DNA of 64,000 nt from Octopus bimaculoides (taxonomy: Eukaryota), in NCBI RefSeq assembly GCF_001194135.2, contig NC_068991.1, positions 42,784,939 through 42,848,938 on the forward strand, in the 5' to 3' direction. The notes beneath the pieces were generated by a model that was not told where the DNA came from, ran no database searches, and worked only from the letters and a program-made list of their open reading frames with translations. This document shows, in pieces, positions 38,829 through 52,200 of the stretch. The first letter of the stretch is position 1, and the number at the start of each line of letters is the position of its first letter. The position numbers and the translations under genes were made by a program.

Positions 38829-38970
38829 AAAGGCACCCATGCTGATGACTTATAAAAGGCACCCGTGCTAGTGATACATTAAAAGGCACTTGTGCCAGTA
38901 ACACATTAAATGGCACCAGTGCCAGTAACACATAAAAGGCACTCATGCCGGTGGCATGTAAATGGCACCC
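38829..38970 (+). repeat. 26-27-bp tandem repeat (about 5.4 units) inside an RTE 3' UTR copy
   Basis: Units aaaggcacc(c)gtgccagtgacacatta are degenerate copies of the gtgccggtggcacgtaaaagcacc segment. Confidence 0.85.
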
Positions 38971-40929
38971 AGTACATTCTTTGAAGTCATTCGCATTAGG
39001 AAGGGCATCCAGCCATAGAAACCAAGCCAAAACAGACTGGAGCCTGGTGAAGATCTCCAGCTTACCAGCTCCAGCCAAACTGTTTTACCCATGCTTGCAT
39101 GAAAAACAGACACTAAATGATGATATGAAAGCAGATCTATTCCAAATACAAGACAAACATTTCTGAGTGAATAATTCTAACACACAGAAAAATCACTTAT
39201 TTCTGAGATACATAACTGTTTGAGTAATATGACCTTTTCAGAAAAGTAATCCTTCCTATTGTTGCATTTCATCTAATTACATTTCAAGTTTACAACAGAG
39301 TGGACACTACTAAAGGTACCCATAAGAGAAGGTTGTAAAACTTTTGAAGAGAGGATAACTTGAACACAGAAGTCTTAAGAGAGGCTGTGATCAGAACTTC
39401 AGTGTGAACACAAAGTGCTAGAGGCATGAAATGCATGGCTGTGCACTTCTTTCTAAGGCTGGGTATGTCAACCACTTGAAGCCCCCATGAAAGATCAGCT
39501 GTATGCAACATCCTTCCTCCTAAACCAGATGATTCAATGTATGTAGTGTGTTGGAAAGGTTCACATAGAATCATATCTCACAAAGTGATCCAATCAATCT
39601 GGTGGAAGTTACAACTTTTGTCCCTCACCTATGCTTCATTGGTATGCAGAACTGCAGTGCGACTGCATAGTCATCTGACAGATCATAGACAGAAGGTCAG
39701 AAATGCCACTGACAACAAGAAAGCTCAGAGAGATGGCATTCATCTGTGAAGATGGAACGATCAGCACACACATGCACACATAAGTGAACTGAAGTATAAA
39801 ATCATTGAAATCGAGTTAAAGATATGTTTTATATGTAGAAGTAAGACACCAATTCTACAAATATACATTTTGAATAAACTCACTGATCAAATGCAGTGTT
39901 GACAGTCATACAAAAGTTGACATTAATAGTCTGGACAGACCGTACTATTCAAAAGTAAAATATGTGAGCAACAACATGACTAAAGAAACAGGCATTTAAA
40001 GTGGATATATCAGATGTTTTTGCCTTTGATTTTCGTGAAAGAAAAACTTTTGGCATCGTTGCAAAGGGTTAAATGGATTACAAATATAGATAATATATGA
40101 CTTTTTTTTTTTTTGTCTGGAAAGATTTATCTCTGACTTTGTTTTGACTTGGATAATGTAGAGCAGTTCTGAAATTAATAGTGACAGTTGTTTGTTTAGA
40201 AAACATCTTAGTGAGAAACTAAAAACTGCTCTGTCAACCTTCCTTCACTCTCATCTGAAACTATTATATGGGAATGTTATATCTGGTATATAGTTTCATC
40301 AATATAGTAAAGAAGAATCTAGTTCATCTCATAGGAAATACTATGTAATTTATAGTGTTTCCTACCAATACTTGCTGACTGACATTTCTTCAATGGTCAG
40401 CTCTCTGGTCTGATTCAGCAGTGAAGTTATGAGAGATGATGTTATAGTGAAATATGAAACTGCTGTCATGAACAAATTCCTTCTTACACACACACACACA
40501 CACTGGTATATAGGTGCAAAACAAGTTGAAGAAAATAGCACTCAAATATCAAAGACAGAGAAAAATATAGTATTATTCTATTGAAGCTGAAAATCTTTAC
40601 AAACTGCTTCTCAGAGTTTCATGTAACCAATCAAGAGAAGAGATCTTTTGAAGCAATAGGATGGTTTATACAAGCTTTTAAATGGTGCAAGTTATAGTCA
40701 GTGGTATATACTCATAAAGACAGGAAGGCGTAGAATTTGATGAGATGAAGTACTCCACATTGATCCTTCAGTTATGTGTCATTCTTTGTTAATAACTATT
40801 TCCTGTTGAAGTATTTCTTGGTATAGATATAAACTTTCTTTGTGAATTAATTAACAGATCGCATATTCAATAGGATGTCAACTGATGCTGACTGATCCTG
40901 ACTTAGTTGACATATAGTTAGAATGGTTT

Positions 40930-42180
40930 GGAGCCTCCTCAAGAACAAAGAAATTGCAGAATAGTGATGAACATGATGGTCCAAAAGCGAGAACAGACAT
41001 ATTTTATACTGAAAGCTGATATCACAACTATACTGAAGACATTGCTAATGGCTCATATGAAAAAGCTGGGGGACATGTACTTCAGCAAAATACATATGAC
41101 TATAATGAAGAATATGTGGCTTACAAAGAAACTGGTCATTGCTGAACAAATCACATTTATGTGTTTGTGTCAAGAATTGTCTGAGCCCATTGTAGAGTTT
41201 TTGCACCATGTTTGTAACAACTTGATATTGTGAGTTTGACAAGATTGGCCAAGGTGACCAAAGTATAAAAGAAGAATTAATACAGATGAGACTATTTAAG
41301 GCATCTACCAAACCTTCAATAAATCAAGAATACTGGAATAACTACAGCTGGGAAACATGCAATTTGATACATGTGTGAACTCCATACAACAATAGATGAT
41401 TTCTAAGATATCAATACCAATAACAGCCCTTCTTGTTTCTTGAGATGGGCAAGTATGTTACATGGCATGAAAACCACAAGTGCCATTTTCCAACATGCAA
41501 TAAAAAATGGAAGATGATATAAAAAAAATAAAATAATCTATCAAGCTGAAACAAGTTTGGGTACAATATTGACGAAAAATCAAAACTGAAGACCATAATT
41601 ACATTGGATTGCCTGAAAGATGCAGGTCTGATTTCATCCAGAGAATTATATACAAAGGAAACATTTTTTTTTTTCTATTCCTTTTAAAATGAAGACGTTT
41701 GCCTAGATTAATGTTCAGCTCAGAACACATTAGATGTTTCTCCACCCTCTGATAAGAAAAACTTGGAGTCCTTTTAAAGATTGGCAAATTTCTATGGTCT
41801 GTATTTGCTAAAATATTCAGAAATGATTAAACTGACTGTGAATCTGAACAAGAAAAATGTTGAATTTGGTTAGATATATGTTCAGCAAAGGACATTTGTT
41901 ATTCTAAAAAAAATATACTTGATGAGAATGTTGGAGTATATTTGCTGCCAGTAATATATCACATTGACAATCAGAGCTAATAAACACACAATGTTTGGAA
42001 TTTTATCATGGGATGATTACCCAGTACTATATTTATCAATGAAGTTAACCACTGCTAATTATTCAAATATTGAGAGTGAAACTTTAGCAATTGTGTAGAT
42101 CACAAATAGTACCAGGAAGTTCCTTGTATTGATTAAAGTGATTTCAAAAGGTCTATGGTCAAAACAAGAATGAATTTCCT
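40930..42180 (+). mobile_element. Highly degenerate Ty3/Gypsy pol relic (RT-RNase H) in an SRP9 intron
   Basis: GMKTTSAIFQHAI (about 41465), PPSDKKNLESF*RLANFYG...LNKKNVEF (41743-41870), PVLYLSMKLTTANYSNIESETLAIV (42021-42096). No LTRs found. Confidence 0.75.
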
Positions 42181-43169
42181 ATCAAGTAAAATATTTCAAT
42201 GATTACAGAATTCTAAAGTGGGATAAACAGCTAACAGTATTTTATTTTGATATTACTTCTGTTAAAAAGGCAGTGAGCTGGCAGAATTGTTTAACTAGAC
42301 AAGATTCTTTGTAGCATTTTGTCTGTCATCGCATTCTGGATTCAAATTCCAATGAGGTCAATTTTCAGGGTTGATAAAAGAAGTACCAGTTGAAAATCAG
42401 GGTCAATGTAACCAATTTACGTCCTCCCCCAAAACTGCTGACCTTGTGCCAAAATTTGAAACCAACATTACTTATGTTAAAGGAAATTCCATTCCTCATG
42501 TTGATGCATTCTCTTGACTAAACGTTAGATAACTTCAGAACACTATTTCAAATAACATTGATAACTTCATTCATTGGATAGGAACTAATGTCTTGATAGC
42601 TTAGCATCAAAATCACTGCATGATTCAGTATTAAGTAAAATATTTTTCAGAATTAAAAAAGTATCTGGGGTAGAACAATACATGGAATTACGTATTAAGT
42701 ACCAAGAATAGCAAAGATGACATGGAAAGAAGTGATGAAGGATAATCTCAAGAAACTGAACTTCAGAAAGATGACAAGGGACTGCAACATTTAATGAGAT
42801 GCTAAGTTGAAAAAAGTCCATGCAAACATGGAAAAAAATTGACAAAAAGCAATGATAGAGAGAAAAGTTGCTTTGAACTAAATGACAAATAAATTAATGC
42901 AAAGGATATATTGCTAAATTTTATTGTATTTGATTATTTGTTGCTTTATTTGTAGCACACCAGTACCAATTTTTATTGTGAAGTTATTTATACACTAAAG
43001 AACAAACACATACTTTCATATTATTGAGCCACAGTCAGTTGGTGGCAAGTAACAACCACCAACATTTGAGCATTTAAAGAAATTGAAAATTCAAAGAATT
43101 TTCTATCATTAATATTATCATTATGCACAATTATTAATTTACATAGTGATCTGACTCTATGTCACTTTG

Positions 43170-43810
43170 TAAAGGACTGGTGGAGCTTGTTTCTGTTTGT
43201 TTAATATGTTCATCTTGAGAGAAAAAAAGGCAAGACGATAATCTCAATTTTTAAAAAAGAGGAGACAAGAGTGCTCTAATTATAGAGGGATGTACTTGTT
43301 GAGCCTCCCTGATAAAGACTACACTAGGTGTCTCATAAACAAATGTAGGGAAACTGTCAAGCCCAAACTAACTGAAGAACAGTGTGGCTTCCATCCTGGA
43401 TGCAGCACAACTGACCAGATATTCTTTCAATGGCAGGTCTTTGAGAAAGTGTGGGAATATCATTTTGTAGACCTCAAAAAGGCATACCACCATGTGCTGT
43501 AGGAATGCTATGGAGGGTTTTGAAGGAGTGTGGGATAAATGGACAACTTTTGGTTGCTGTGAAGTCCTTATACAAATATCCAAATGTTTGTGCTCAAGTC
43601 AATGGTACTACGTCGAAACCTTTCAACATGGGTGTTGACCTTTCCTTTTCATAATCTTTATGAACTTGATTGACATACACAACCATTGTCAAAGTGGTAT
43701 CACAATTGGTGGACAAAGGGTTGGTCAGGTGATATTTGCAGACAATATGATGCTGTTGGGTTCATCAGATGGTGAGCACTAGTATGCACTGAATGGGCTC
43801 AATGCCAAGT
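43170..43810 (+). mobile_element. RTE-clade RT fragment
   Basis: NYRGMYLLSLPDK...EEQCGFHPGCSTTDQIF...FVDLKKAYHHV...LWRVL...IFADN. Confidence 0.85.
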
Positions 43811-46800
43811 GAAAAAAGTTGCTTTTGATAGGACCCTAAGGGGGGAAGTGTCTGAAGACCCTTCCTCCATGATCTTCCTGGGAATAGTGGGTAGAGAAGA
43901 TGGGTGGATGCATAAGCAAATCAATAGTGGTTTGGATTGTAAATCAAAAGTTTGACAGTTCATATTCTGTCATTTTCTGCATGAAGAGAATTCTAAAAAT
44001 AGTCAATAATCCACCCAGTTATTACTAGTAAATTTGACATTTGAGTTCAATTTTGTCTGGGTATAGCCCGGAGAAAAGTGAGTTCAACCAACATGAAGAT
44101 AACATGCCTACAGAACCTAATGGGTCACCGTATTTATTGCTCTGGAGACATGAGAGTTACATCATCTTCCAAGCTCATTATCTATATCATTGTCTATCTT
44201 GATTTTCTGTAGTGCATACAACTTTATGACAGTGAAACTTGGCCAATGACAAAAATTCTTCTCCACAACATACCAGTAGCTCATTGCCACTGCATATTTA
44301 GGCTACTGAAAATTCCACAGGCAGGATATACAGAGAAGATTAAAATGGAAGTAGCCAAGTTTTGTATAATATAAGAAGCTGAAAATGTCAGAAACAGTAG
44401 TTACATGTGTTTATGGTTCTAAAAGTATTTGTCATATAGATGACTGCAGGGGAAAAGAAAACAAGATGGACTGACCACATCTTGGTTACCTACATTTAAA
44501 ATAGATTACATAACGGTAAGCTTTCAGTATAGAATCATCAGTCTGGCTGTGTGTGCTTAAAAGCATTAAGTGGTGAATGAATGAAAATGAATACATTCAG
44601 GTGTTGGAGTATGACTGTTTCCACAGCTTTCATAATATGAAAGCTCCATAATCTACTACCAAGTTATCAACTGTTTAATTTATTTACAACAATATCACAC
44701 AAAGAATTAGGCTAAATGAGCATAATATTCAATATCATCGAGCATTACAATCTAATCATTAATAATTAATCTTCATGTAGAGAGACATTGCACTATTTTA
44801 AAATACAATTGCTATTATTTCTAGAGTTTATTCATTTGCTCACATGCTTGGCAAGAGATTTAGTTGAGTTTATGTGTTGAAACAGTGCTGCAAATTATTA
44901 AAGAAGGACTAGATACATTTTAATTGCATCATCATCATCATTTTAACAGCCACTATTTCATGCTTGCATGGGTAGGACAGAAATCGTCAAGGCAGATCTT
45001 CTACAGCTGTTGCCAAATCTCACCTGTTTCCTATAGCAAGGTATTATTTCTCCATGACAAGTTATGTTTCTACAGAAACCACACCATTTGCATGACAATG
45101 AGGCTTGTTTACAACTATCAGACCATGTTAAGACAAAAAATACACACACATTTGACAGGCTTCTTTTTTCAGTTTCTGCATACCAAATACTCTCACAAGG
45201 CTTTGATCAGCCCAGTGCTATAGTAGAAGAGACTTGCTCAAGATGTCATGCAGTGAAGCATGAACCTCAAACCATATAGTTGGGAAGAAAACTTCTTAAC
45301 CATACAGCTATACCTGTGCTTTATTATAGGTACAGGAGTTTGAATGAATAGGCTACCAGTTTAATACAATGTAGAAACTTTTGATACAACTGATTATTAA
45401 AAAGGAATATGATGTGACTAACAATTGTGTTCAGAGACCAAAATGACTAACAATATTCAATATTTTGGGGGCTAATTATATGCACATTACTTATTTTCAA
45501 GGAATTTTGTATTTACAATATTATATACTTCAATCAACACTTAAAACTTGGACTAAGATTAAAGGTTGTTTAAATGTGCATATGCTTATGGTTGGGAAAG
45601 TATGAGTCTTGTGGGAGTGGTTGTCATAATACATTGATATCCAAGACTAAGTTAATAGCAATAAAAGTGTGATTTCTAAAGTTAATGTTTCACAACTGTC
45701 ACAGATTAGCAATGTTACATATTGTAAGCATTATGTACCCAACACATTGTAAACATCATGTCCTAACAATAGCAATAAAAAAATGAAAGTTAAAATATGA
45801 AAACTGTTATAGAATAACTGCAACAATATCCTGAATGAGAATAATGAAGTTTTCTTTGCTTTTCAAAGTGTGTGATATGACCCACAAAGTTTAACATTCC
45901 AAAGAGTGTATCCTAGTTTGGTGATATCTTTTTATTCATGCATGAAAAGGTTATAGGCTTATCCCTTCAGATGATATAGTAAAGAGAGGAATGTAAACAA
46001 TTTCATCTGGATGAAGTTTGGCACTAGAGAGTTGATTTTTATATATATATATATATATATAAACTTTAGGATGTAAGAAAAAAAAACATAGAACAAAAAT
46101 AAAAATTAAAGTAGGTGCTGACAATTTTTTGTCTTTATGAGTAAGATAAGACATGATGGGTTGGGTGTAGAGGAAAGCAAAAGTAAAGATATTAAGATGT
46201 TTGCTGATAACTAAAATCAAACCCCATCACTAGACACATCTGTTTCAGAGTAGAGAAGGCACTAGAAATAGGTACTTTGGGTATAAGCCCCTAAAAGCAG
46301 CAGCAGTGACTGAAGAAAGGAACAATAACAACAACTAAAGATGTTAATGCAAATGCCTCCATCTCTAACATCACCACCACCACCAACACCACAACCATTT
46401 TTATTCATTAAAAGAAGCTGAGTGTAATGTTCCTTAATTAGAGAATATGGAAGAAGTTAACCATTTATGAATAACTGGTTATTAATGATATCATATGTTA
46501 GAGATAAGATAAAGTCTTAAAACTGTAACTTTACTGGAGAATTAAACTGAAAACTATTCAATGTATTCATTAAAAAATTAAAATAAATAAATTAATAAAA
46601 ATCTAATATATGCCAAAAACAAACAATAACAGAGCTGATTCAGTCTTCTAGTTTAGGCTTAATAGAAAGGTAGATGATGATAATGATGATGTAGGAAACG
46701 AAACCAAACTACTGTTACATCATTTCTTCCTTCCTGTTGTGAATATAAATGGGATGGTTTCTCTTTTATCTTTTACTTGTTTCAGTCATTAGACTGCAGC

Positions 46801-46978
46801 CATGCTGGAGCACCACCTTGAATTTTTAGTCGAATGAATCAACCCCAGTACTTATTTTTGTTTGTTTTATGTTTGATACTTACTCTATCAGTCACTTTTG
46901 ACAAACCACTAAGTCACAAGGAAGTAAATACACCAATACTGGTTGTCAAGTGGTGGCGAGGGACAAATACAGACAAAG

Positions 46979-47011
<33 letters not shown>

Positions 47012-47903
47012 GATATATATAACAGGTTTCTTTCGGTTTCCATCTACCAAATCCACTCACAAGGCTTTGGTCAGCTTGAGGCTATAGTAGAAGACACTTT
47101 CCCAAGGTGTCACACAGTTGGATTGAACTCGGAACCATGTGGTTGGGAAGTAAACTTTTTACCACACAGCTACACCTATAGAAAGGCACATCCTCATGAT
47201 ATGCTACTGATCCAACTATACTTATTCAACTTTGTGATCTGTAAGTGAACAGAACTAAACAGTCGGCCCCTTCACCTTGAGCAGGTAAAGGACAGAGTTA
47301 ACTTGCAGTATACTTCCTAGCTAAGCTGTTGCCTTCATCTATAACAAACTTGGCTTCATACTTGAGAAGAAATGACAGGATGCTATGGCATTCATACCTC
47401 TCTAACTTTTCAACAATAGGGATCTATTGCACAGACACAATGACATTTGTTGACAGGGAAGAACATAATCAATATTTTCAAAACCTGAGAATAACAATGG
47501 TAATTATTTCTAACATAGGTACAAGGTCACAAACATTTTCTTTTTTGGAAGAAGAACAACAATTTCAGGAATCAACCCAATACTTTACTGGTATTTATTT
47601 TATTTGCTTCAGAAGGATGAAAGGCAAAGTCAGCCTTGGCAGAAAAACAAAGAGGGATAATAAAATACTGTAAGGTATTTCGTTCCTTCTTGTATTGATC
47701 ATGCCAGCTATGTTCCTTGGATAATGATGATGATGATGATAATGATGATATGGAGGAAGAAGAAGTGAATACATGAATCAACAAATACAAAAAAAAAAAA
47801 AGAAACAATAAGAGCATAAAAAAAAATGATGGAAATGACTCTGAGAGAGAAAATAGCTAAGTATTGAATTGAGTAAAGTAGGTAGCAACAAAATGAATAT
47901 TAC

Positions 47904-47972
47904 CACTGAGTCATCTGTTAGCTTCACCTTTAAAACACCATCGCAATGACGATATTTTATGACGAATCGACA
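47904..47972 (-). CDS. SRP9: Signal recognition particle 9 kDa protein, internal 69-nt exon
   Basis: ttttctatccatttcag|CRFVIKYRHCDGVLKVKLTDDSV|gtaata; phase 0 at both ends and splices in frame to 38517. KYRH.DG...K.TDD is the SRP9 signature. Confidence 0.95.
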
Positions 47973-48479
47973 CTGAAATGGATAGAAAACAAAAATCAAG
48001 ATAAATATAAAAGTAATTCATAATAAGAGTAGGAGGAGGTGAATTAAAAGACTGAATGGAGTAAGACTATCAGTGACAGAATATATAGCTAGAATACACC
48101 AACTATGTTTTAGCTGACATTAGAAGATAAAAGGTTTGTCTTTGACATCAGTGTGTGTGTGTGTGTGTGTATCTGTGTGTGTGTAGACCTGATAACTAGA
48201 TCTAATGCATATGGTAAAAAGTAGAGAGGTTATCTAGTTTGGCACTACATTTTTCAAGTTCAAATTCTACAAGAGAATAGTGTGTGAGTTCCATATTTTG
48301 GTCAGAGGGGGAACATTAAAGACAGTCACTTCACACAGTGTACCTAACTTACTACTATTCATACAATACTGTGAGCTACACTAGGTTGAATGAGATAAAA
48401 AATTACAATTTTCACAAAAACTTTTCGCCTGTTAATCTGACACCCTTCGTCTTAGTCAGCAACAACTCTTACATATGCG

Positions 48480-49260
48480 TGTTTGTGTGTGCATGCCCAC
48501 ATGTAGGAAATGGCCATGCTCAACATGCAGAAAAAGAACAGGTTGAAATTCTATAGTGTACTCAGTGTAAACAATGGACACATAAGAGGTGTAGTAGGAT
48601 CATACAGGTAGGCTAATGAAGAAGAAAGATTTTATATGCAACAGATGTGTAAGTGTAGTAAGTGTTAAGGTCAGTAATATAGATTTTCAAAAAGTTGATA
48701 ACTTTTATTACTTTGGTGACCTAATTAGCTGTGAAAGTGAGAGTTCCAAAAGTATAGTAACCAGATCAAAAATGGTTTTGATAATTTAAGGCTCTATTGC
48801 CTCTGTAGATAACAAAGGGTTTCTCTTTCAAAGTGAAGGGCAGATTATATTATGCTTGTGTACAGAGTGTGATGTTGCATGATATTGAAGCCTTGAATGT
48901 ATAAGATTTGCAAGGACTAGAAAGAAATGAAGCAAGCATGATTTGTTGGATATATGATAGTAGTGTTCATGAACAATGGAGCACAAACAAGTAGAGATAA
49001 AAACCAGATGCATGAGGAATCAGGTGTAACGTGCAAGAAAGAAAAAACCTGCACTGATACAGGTGTATGATGTGTATGCAGGATGATACAAAACAGTGCT
49101 GAGCAATCAAAGTGGATGGAATCTGTGGAAGAGAGGAACCTAGAAAGACATGGAACAAAATAATCTGAGAATGCTGAGCCTCACAAAAAAAGATGACAAA
49201 AGACCATGGCAATTGGCAACACATGGTGCAAGAGAAGACCTACCCAACTATGCAAGCATG
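48480..49260 (+). mobile_element. Degenerate RTE 3' portion; another on the minus strand at about 50210-50860 and a short one at about 42620-42845
   Basis: FYYFGDLISC...IVTR post-RT motif near 48705 and an L.LT..MT..R-type C-terminus ending in catgcaagcatgg-like sequence. Confidence 0.65.
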
Positions 49261-52200
49261 GCAAAACAATATAATAAAATAAAAAAGGAGGCTGAAAAAT
49301 ATACAGATCTGCATTTGGGTTACCTGCCTAATATATTCCTGTTAACCTTTAATCATCTATCCCTGCACTTATTTGATATCCTCCCATCTCTTCATCATAC
49401 ATCTCTTTATCACAAGCATTCTTTCCTAGTTACTGTATCATATTGCCTGTGTAACAAGGAATGGCAGTAAATCTCTCCTTTCCACACTACCATTTTGTCC
49501 ATGTAACTAGGGACTACACTGGACCTGTCCAGACTTCTCATCTCCCTGACACTCAACCCTCTTACTTATTCATTGCACCATGTTGCCACTCATGTATAAA
49601 GGAAACATCGACCTATTTTACATCTGATACACTCAGCCATCACCTTTTCTGTGTTCACAACCATCAAATCCTCTATTTTAGGTCATTTTCTTATTGACAT
49701 CTATCACTCTCTCACAGCAGCAAGCATGTAGCTGCTACCATTGCCTATCTCCCGTTACTCCCTCTAATACTATCATTCATACATTACTCACCCTTTAATT
49801 ATTCTCTCATACAAGTAACTTGTTTCTCCCTTTTGCCATCAATCTCTCTTCTACTTACCCTTTTGGTTCACTGCCTTGAACAGGGAGAATCTTCATAGGA
49901 TGGTGGGGGTTCTTTAGCACTGTGGGGCATAAGGCAATCTCACTGGTACTGGTTCCATTATAAAATAATACACTCTGTAAATTAGTACATGAATCATCAT
50001 CATCGTTTAACATCCGTTGTCCATGCAGGGCTGTACCAGACTCCAGTCTGATTTGGCATGGATTCTACAGCCAGATGCCCTTCATAATGCCAACTACTTT
50101 GCAGAGAACAGAGAAAATGCAGGTGGTTTCTCTCACGTGGCTGGAGAGATCTTTTAGTATTGGAAATAACTCCAAATAAAAATTGACTGAAACTTCAACA
50201 AACCACCCAATCTACCATATCATGGAAAGTGGACATAACATAATGATTTTCTATGCTTGCAATGGGTTAGATGTGTCTTCCCAAGCAAAAAGACATGCTA
50301 TGTGTTCAGGTCTTTTGTGATCTTTATGAGATTCAAGCTACTGAGATCAGCTTTTACCACTTGCTTTTTCCAATGTCTTCCTCTCATGCTGGTTCCTTCC
50401 ATTTGGGTCACTCAGCACTTCTTTACCTAATGATCATTCTTCATATGCATCAGATGTTTGAGTCAACTGAGTCTTCTCCCTTGCAAACTACAGTTGATTC
50501 TTCTTATACCCAGTTTTTATTTCAGCTCATCTGTGCTCCACTGTCCATGCACACTGATAGTACACAAAATATGCTCATCATATTTCTTTTCAGCTTTCAT
50601 ACATCCTCCACATTTTATGTCCCATAATTTGCTATCATATAATATTACATTTCATACACAAACATCATACCCTTTACTTGGAGAAAGAGAGAGAGAGAGA
50701 GAGTCCATTTGTCATCAACTGAACAAACAGCTATCTGAACATTTCCATTCGTTCTTACTCAGGCTATGTTTTCCAAACACCTTTCTCCGTTACTGATTTG
50801 GTCACCTAGGTAACAGAAGCTATCAACTACTTCTAGAGAGCCTTTCAAGCATTCAAAGGAATTTATTTTCTGGGTGCATCAACAGCATATATAAAACTAT
50901 TCTGCTAAACATAACTTCCAATACAAATGTGTATTGTGCAGAATGAAACACACATACACATAATGTAATAGTTGGACTATCTGTTCCAAGTAGTTGAAAC
51001 AGATGATAGAGAAATGTCTCAGGATAAGATACTAGTTGATAATTTTTTTCATACATGAGACATTAAACAATTTACATTAGCGATATGAATTTGTAAACCT
51101 TTGTTGTGCTATATCTCCTGAGTTACAATTCATTGAATTGACTACATGTCTAATGTAAATGTAAAGGTGAAATTAGGTTTTTGTTTGAACCAAATATCTA
51201 AAAGAAAACAAATGAAGAGATGATTTGGATGGGTGGAGAACTAGACAGAGATAGACTAATATTGTATGACAAAGTTGTAAAAATTTAAAGATATTGTTAG
51301 GATAAAATAGACAATGTAAAAGCAGACTGAGGTGATGCGGATGCAAAATAAGATAAGTTGACAGAAGTAAGAAGAAAAAGTGTTTGATGTGGTACGTGAG
51401 GAATATTATCTAAAGTAGAAATGGGTCAAATAAATAAGAGAATAACTTAGTATTTAAAGAAAATGAGAGGTCTGGACAATGAAGGATATGGTAGAAACAA
51501 TAGATTTTTTTGAAAAAAATTTATAAAATATCTTGCTAAGTATTTTGCCAAAGTGCTAGCAGTATAAAGCTGCAGAATAGTAAAATATGAATTGTAAGGA
51601 CAACATATAACAAATGGAAATAAATACAGTGTTATCTGACATATGCTGAAAATGATTCTAAAGAACAGTGAGGAGAGAAAATAATTGAATATTAAAAGCT
51701 TTAGTTGATATATTGCAATATAGATTGTACTTCTATGGCAATGCAATAAAGAATACATTGGATGAAGTGCTTACCAGTTGATAACGGAGAAACAGAAGAG
51801 ACCATGCAAGGTAGAGGAAGGACAAGTAAAACTCAGGATGAGTTAGATTAGATCTTTAGAGGTTAAGCAACATCAAAACTGCTGTAATGCATATCTATAC
51901 AAATCATGCTGCTGGTAATCTGATAATCATGAAGCTACCAACTTGATAGCCATTCCAAATGGAAGAAGATCACATTTCAGTGATGAGGTGGAAGATAAGA
52001 ATAGTGAATTGTTTTACAACATGAACAAGCTATAAACTTAGTTACTATTAAAAAACAACTTATGCTTCCAAAATTTGTTTAAACATTAAAACACAAGGGT
52101 AACTTATCTATATTCTTTTACTGGTTTTAGTCATTGGATTGAGGTCATACAAGAGTACCACCATGAAGGGTTTAGGCCATCATATCATGTCAACCTCTGT

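Noticed and set aside
38419-47972. Functional link between SRP9 (binds the Alu domain of 7SL RNA) and the local SINE density
   Set aside because: The SINEs here have tRNA-like, not 7SL-like, heads, and density is equally high outside the gene; coincidence.
51300-51900. Possible Tx1/L1-like RT relic (RGLD, FAKVLA, KA..VD fragments) as the missing partner LINE
   Set aside because: Motifs are too short and scattered to support by eye; a frameshift-aware profile search would be required.
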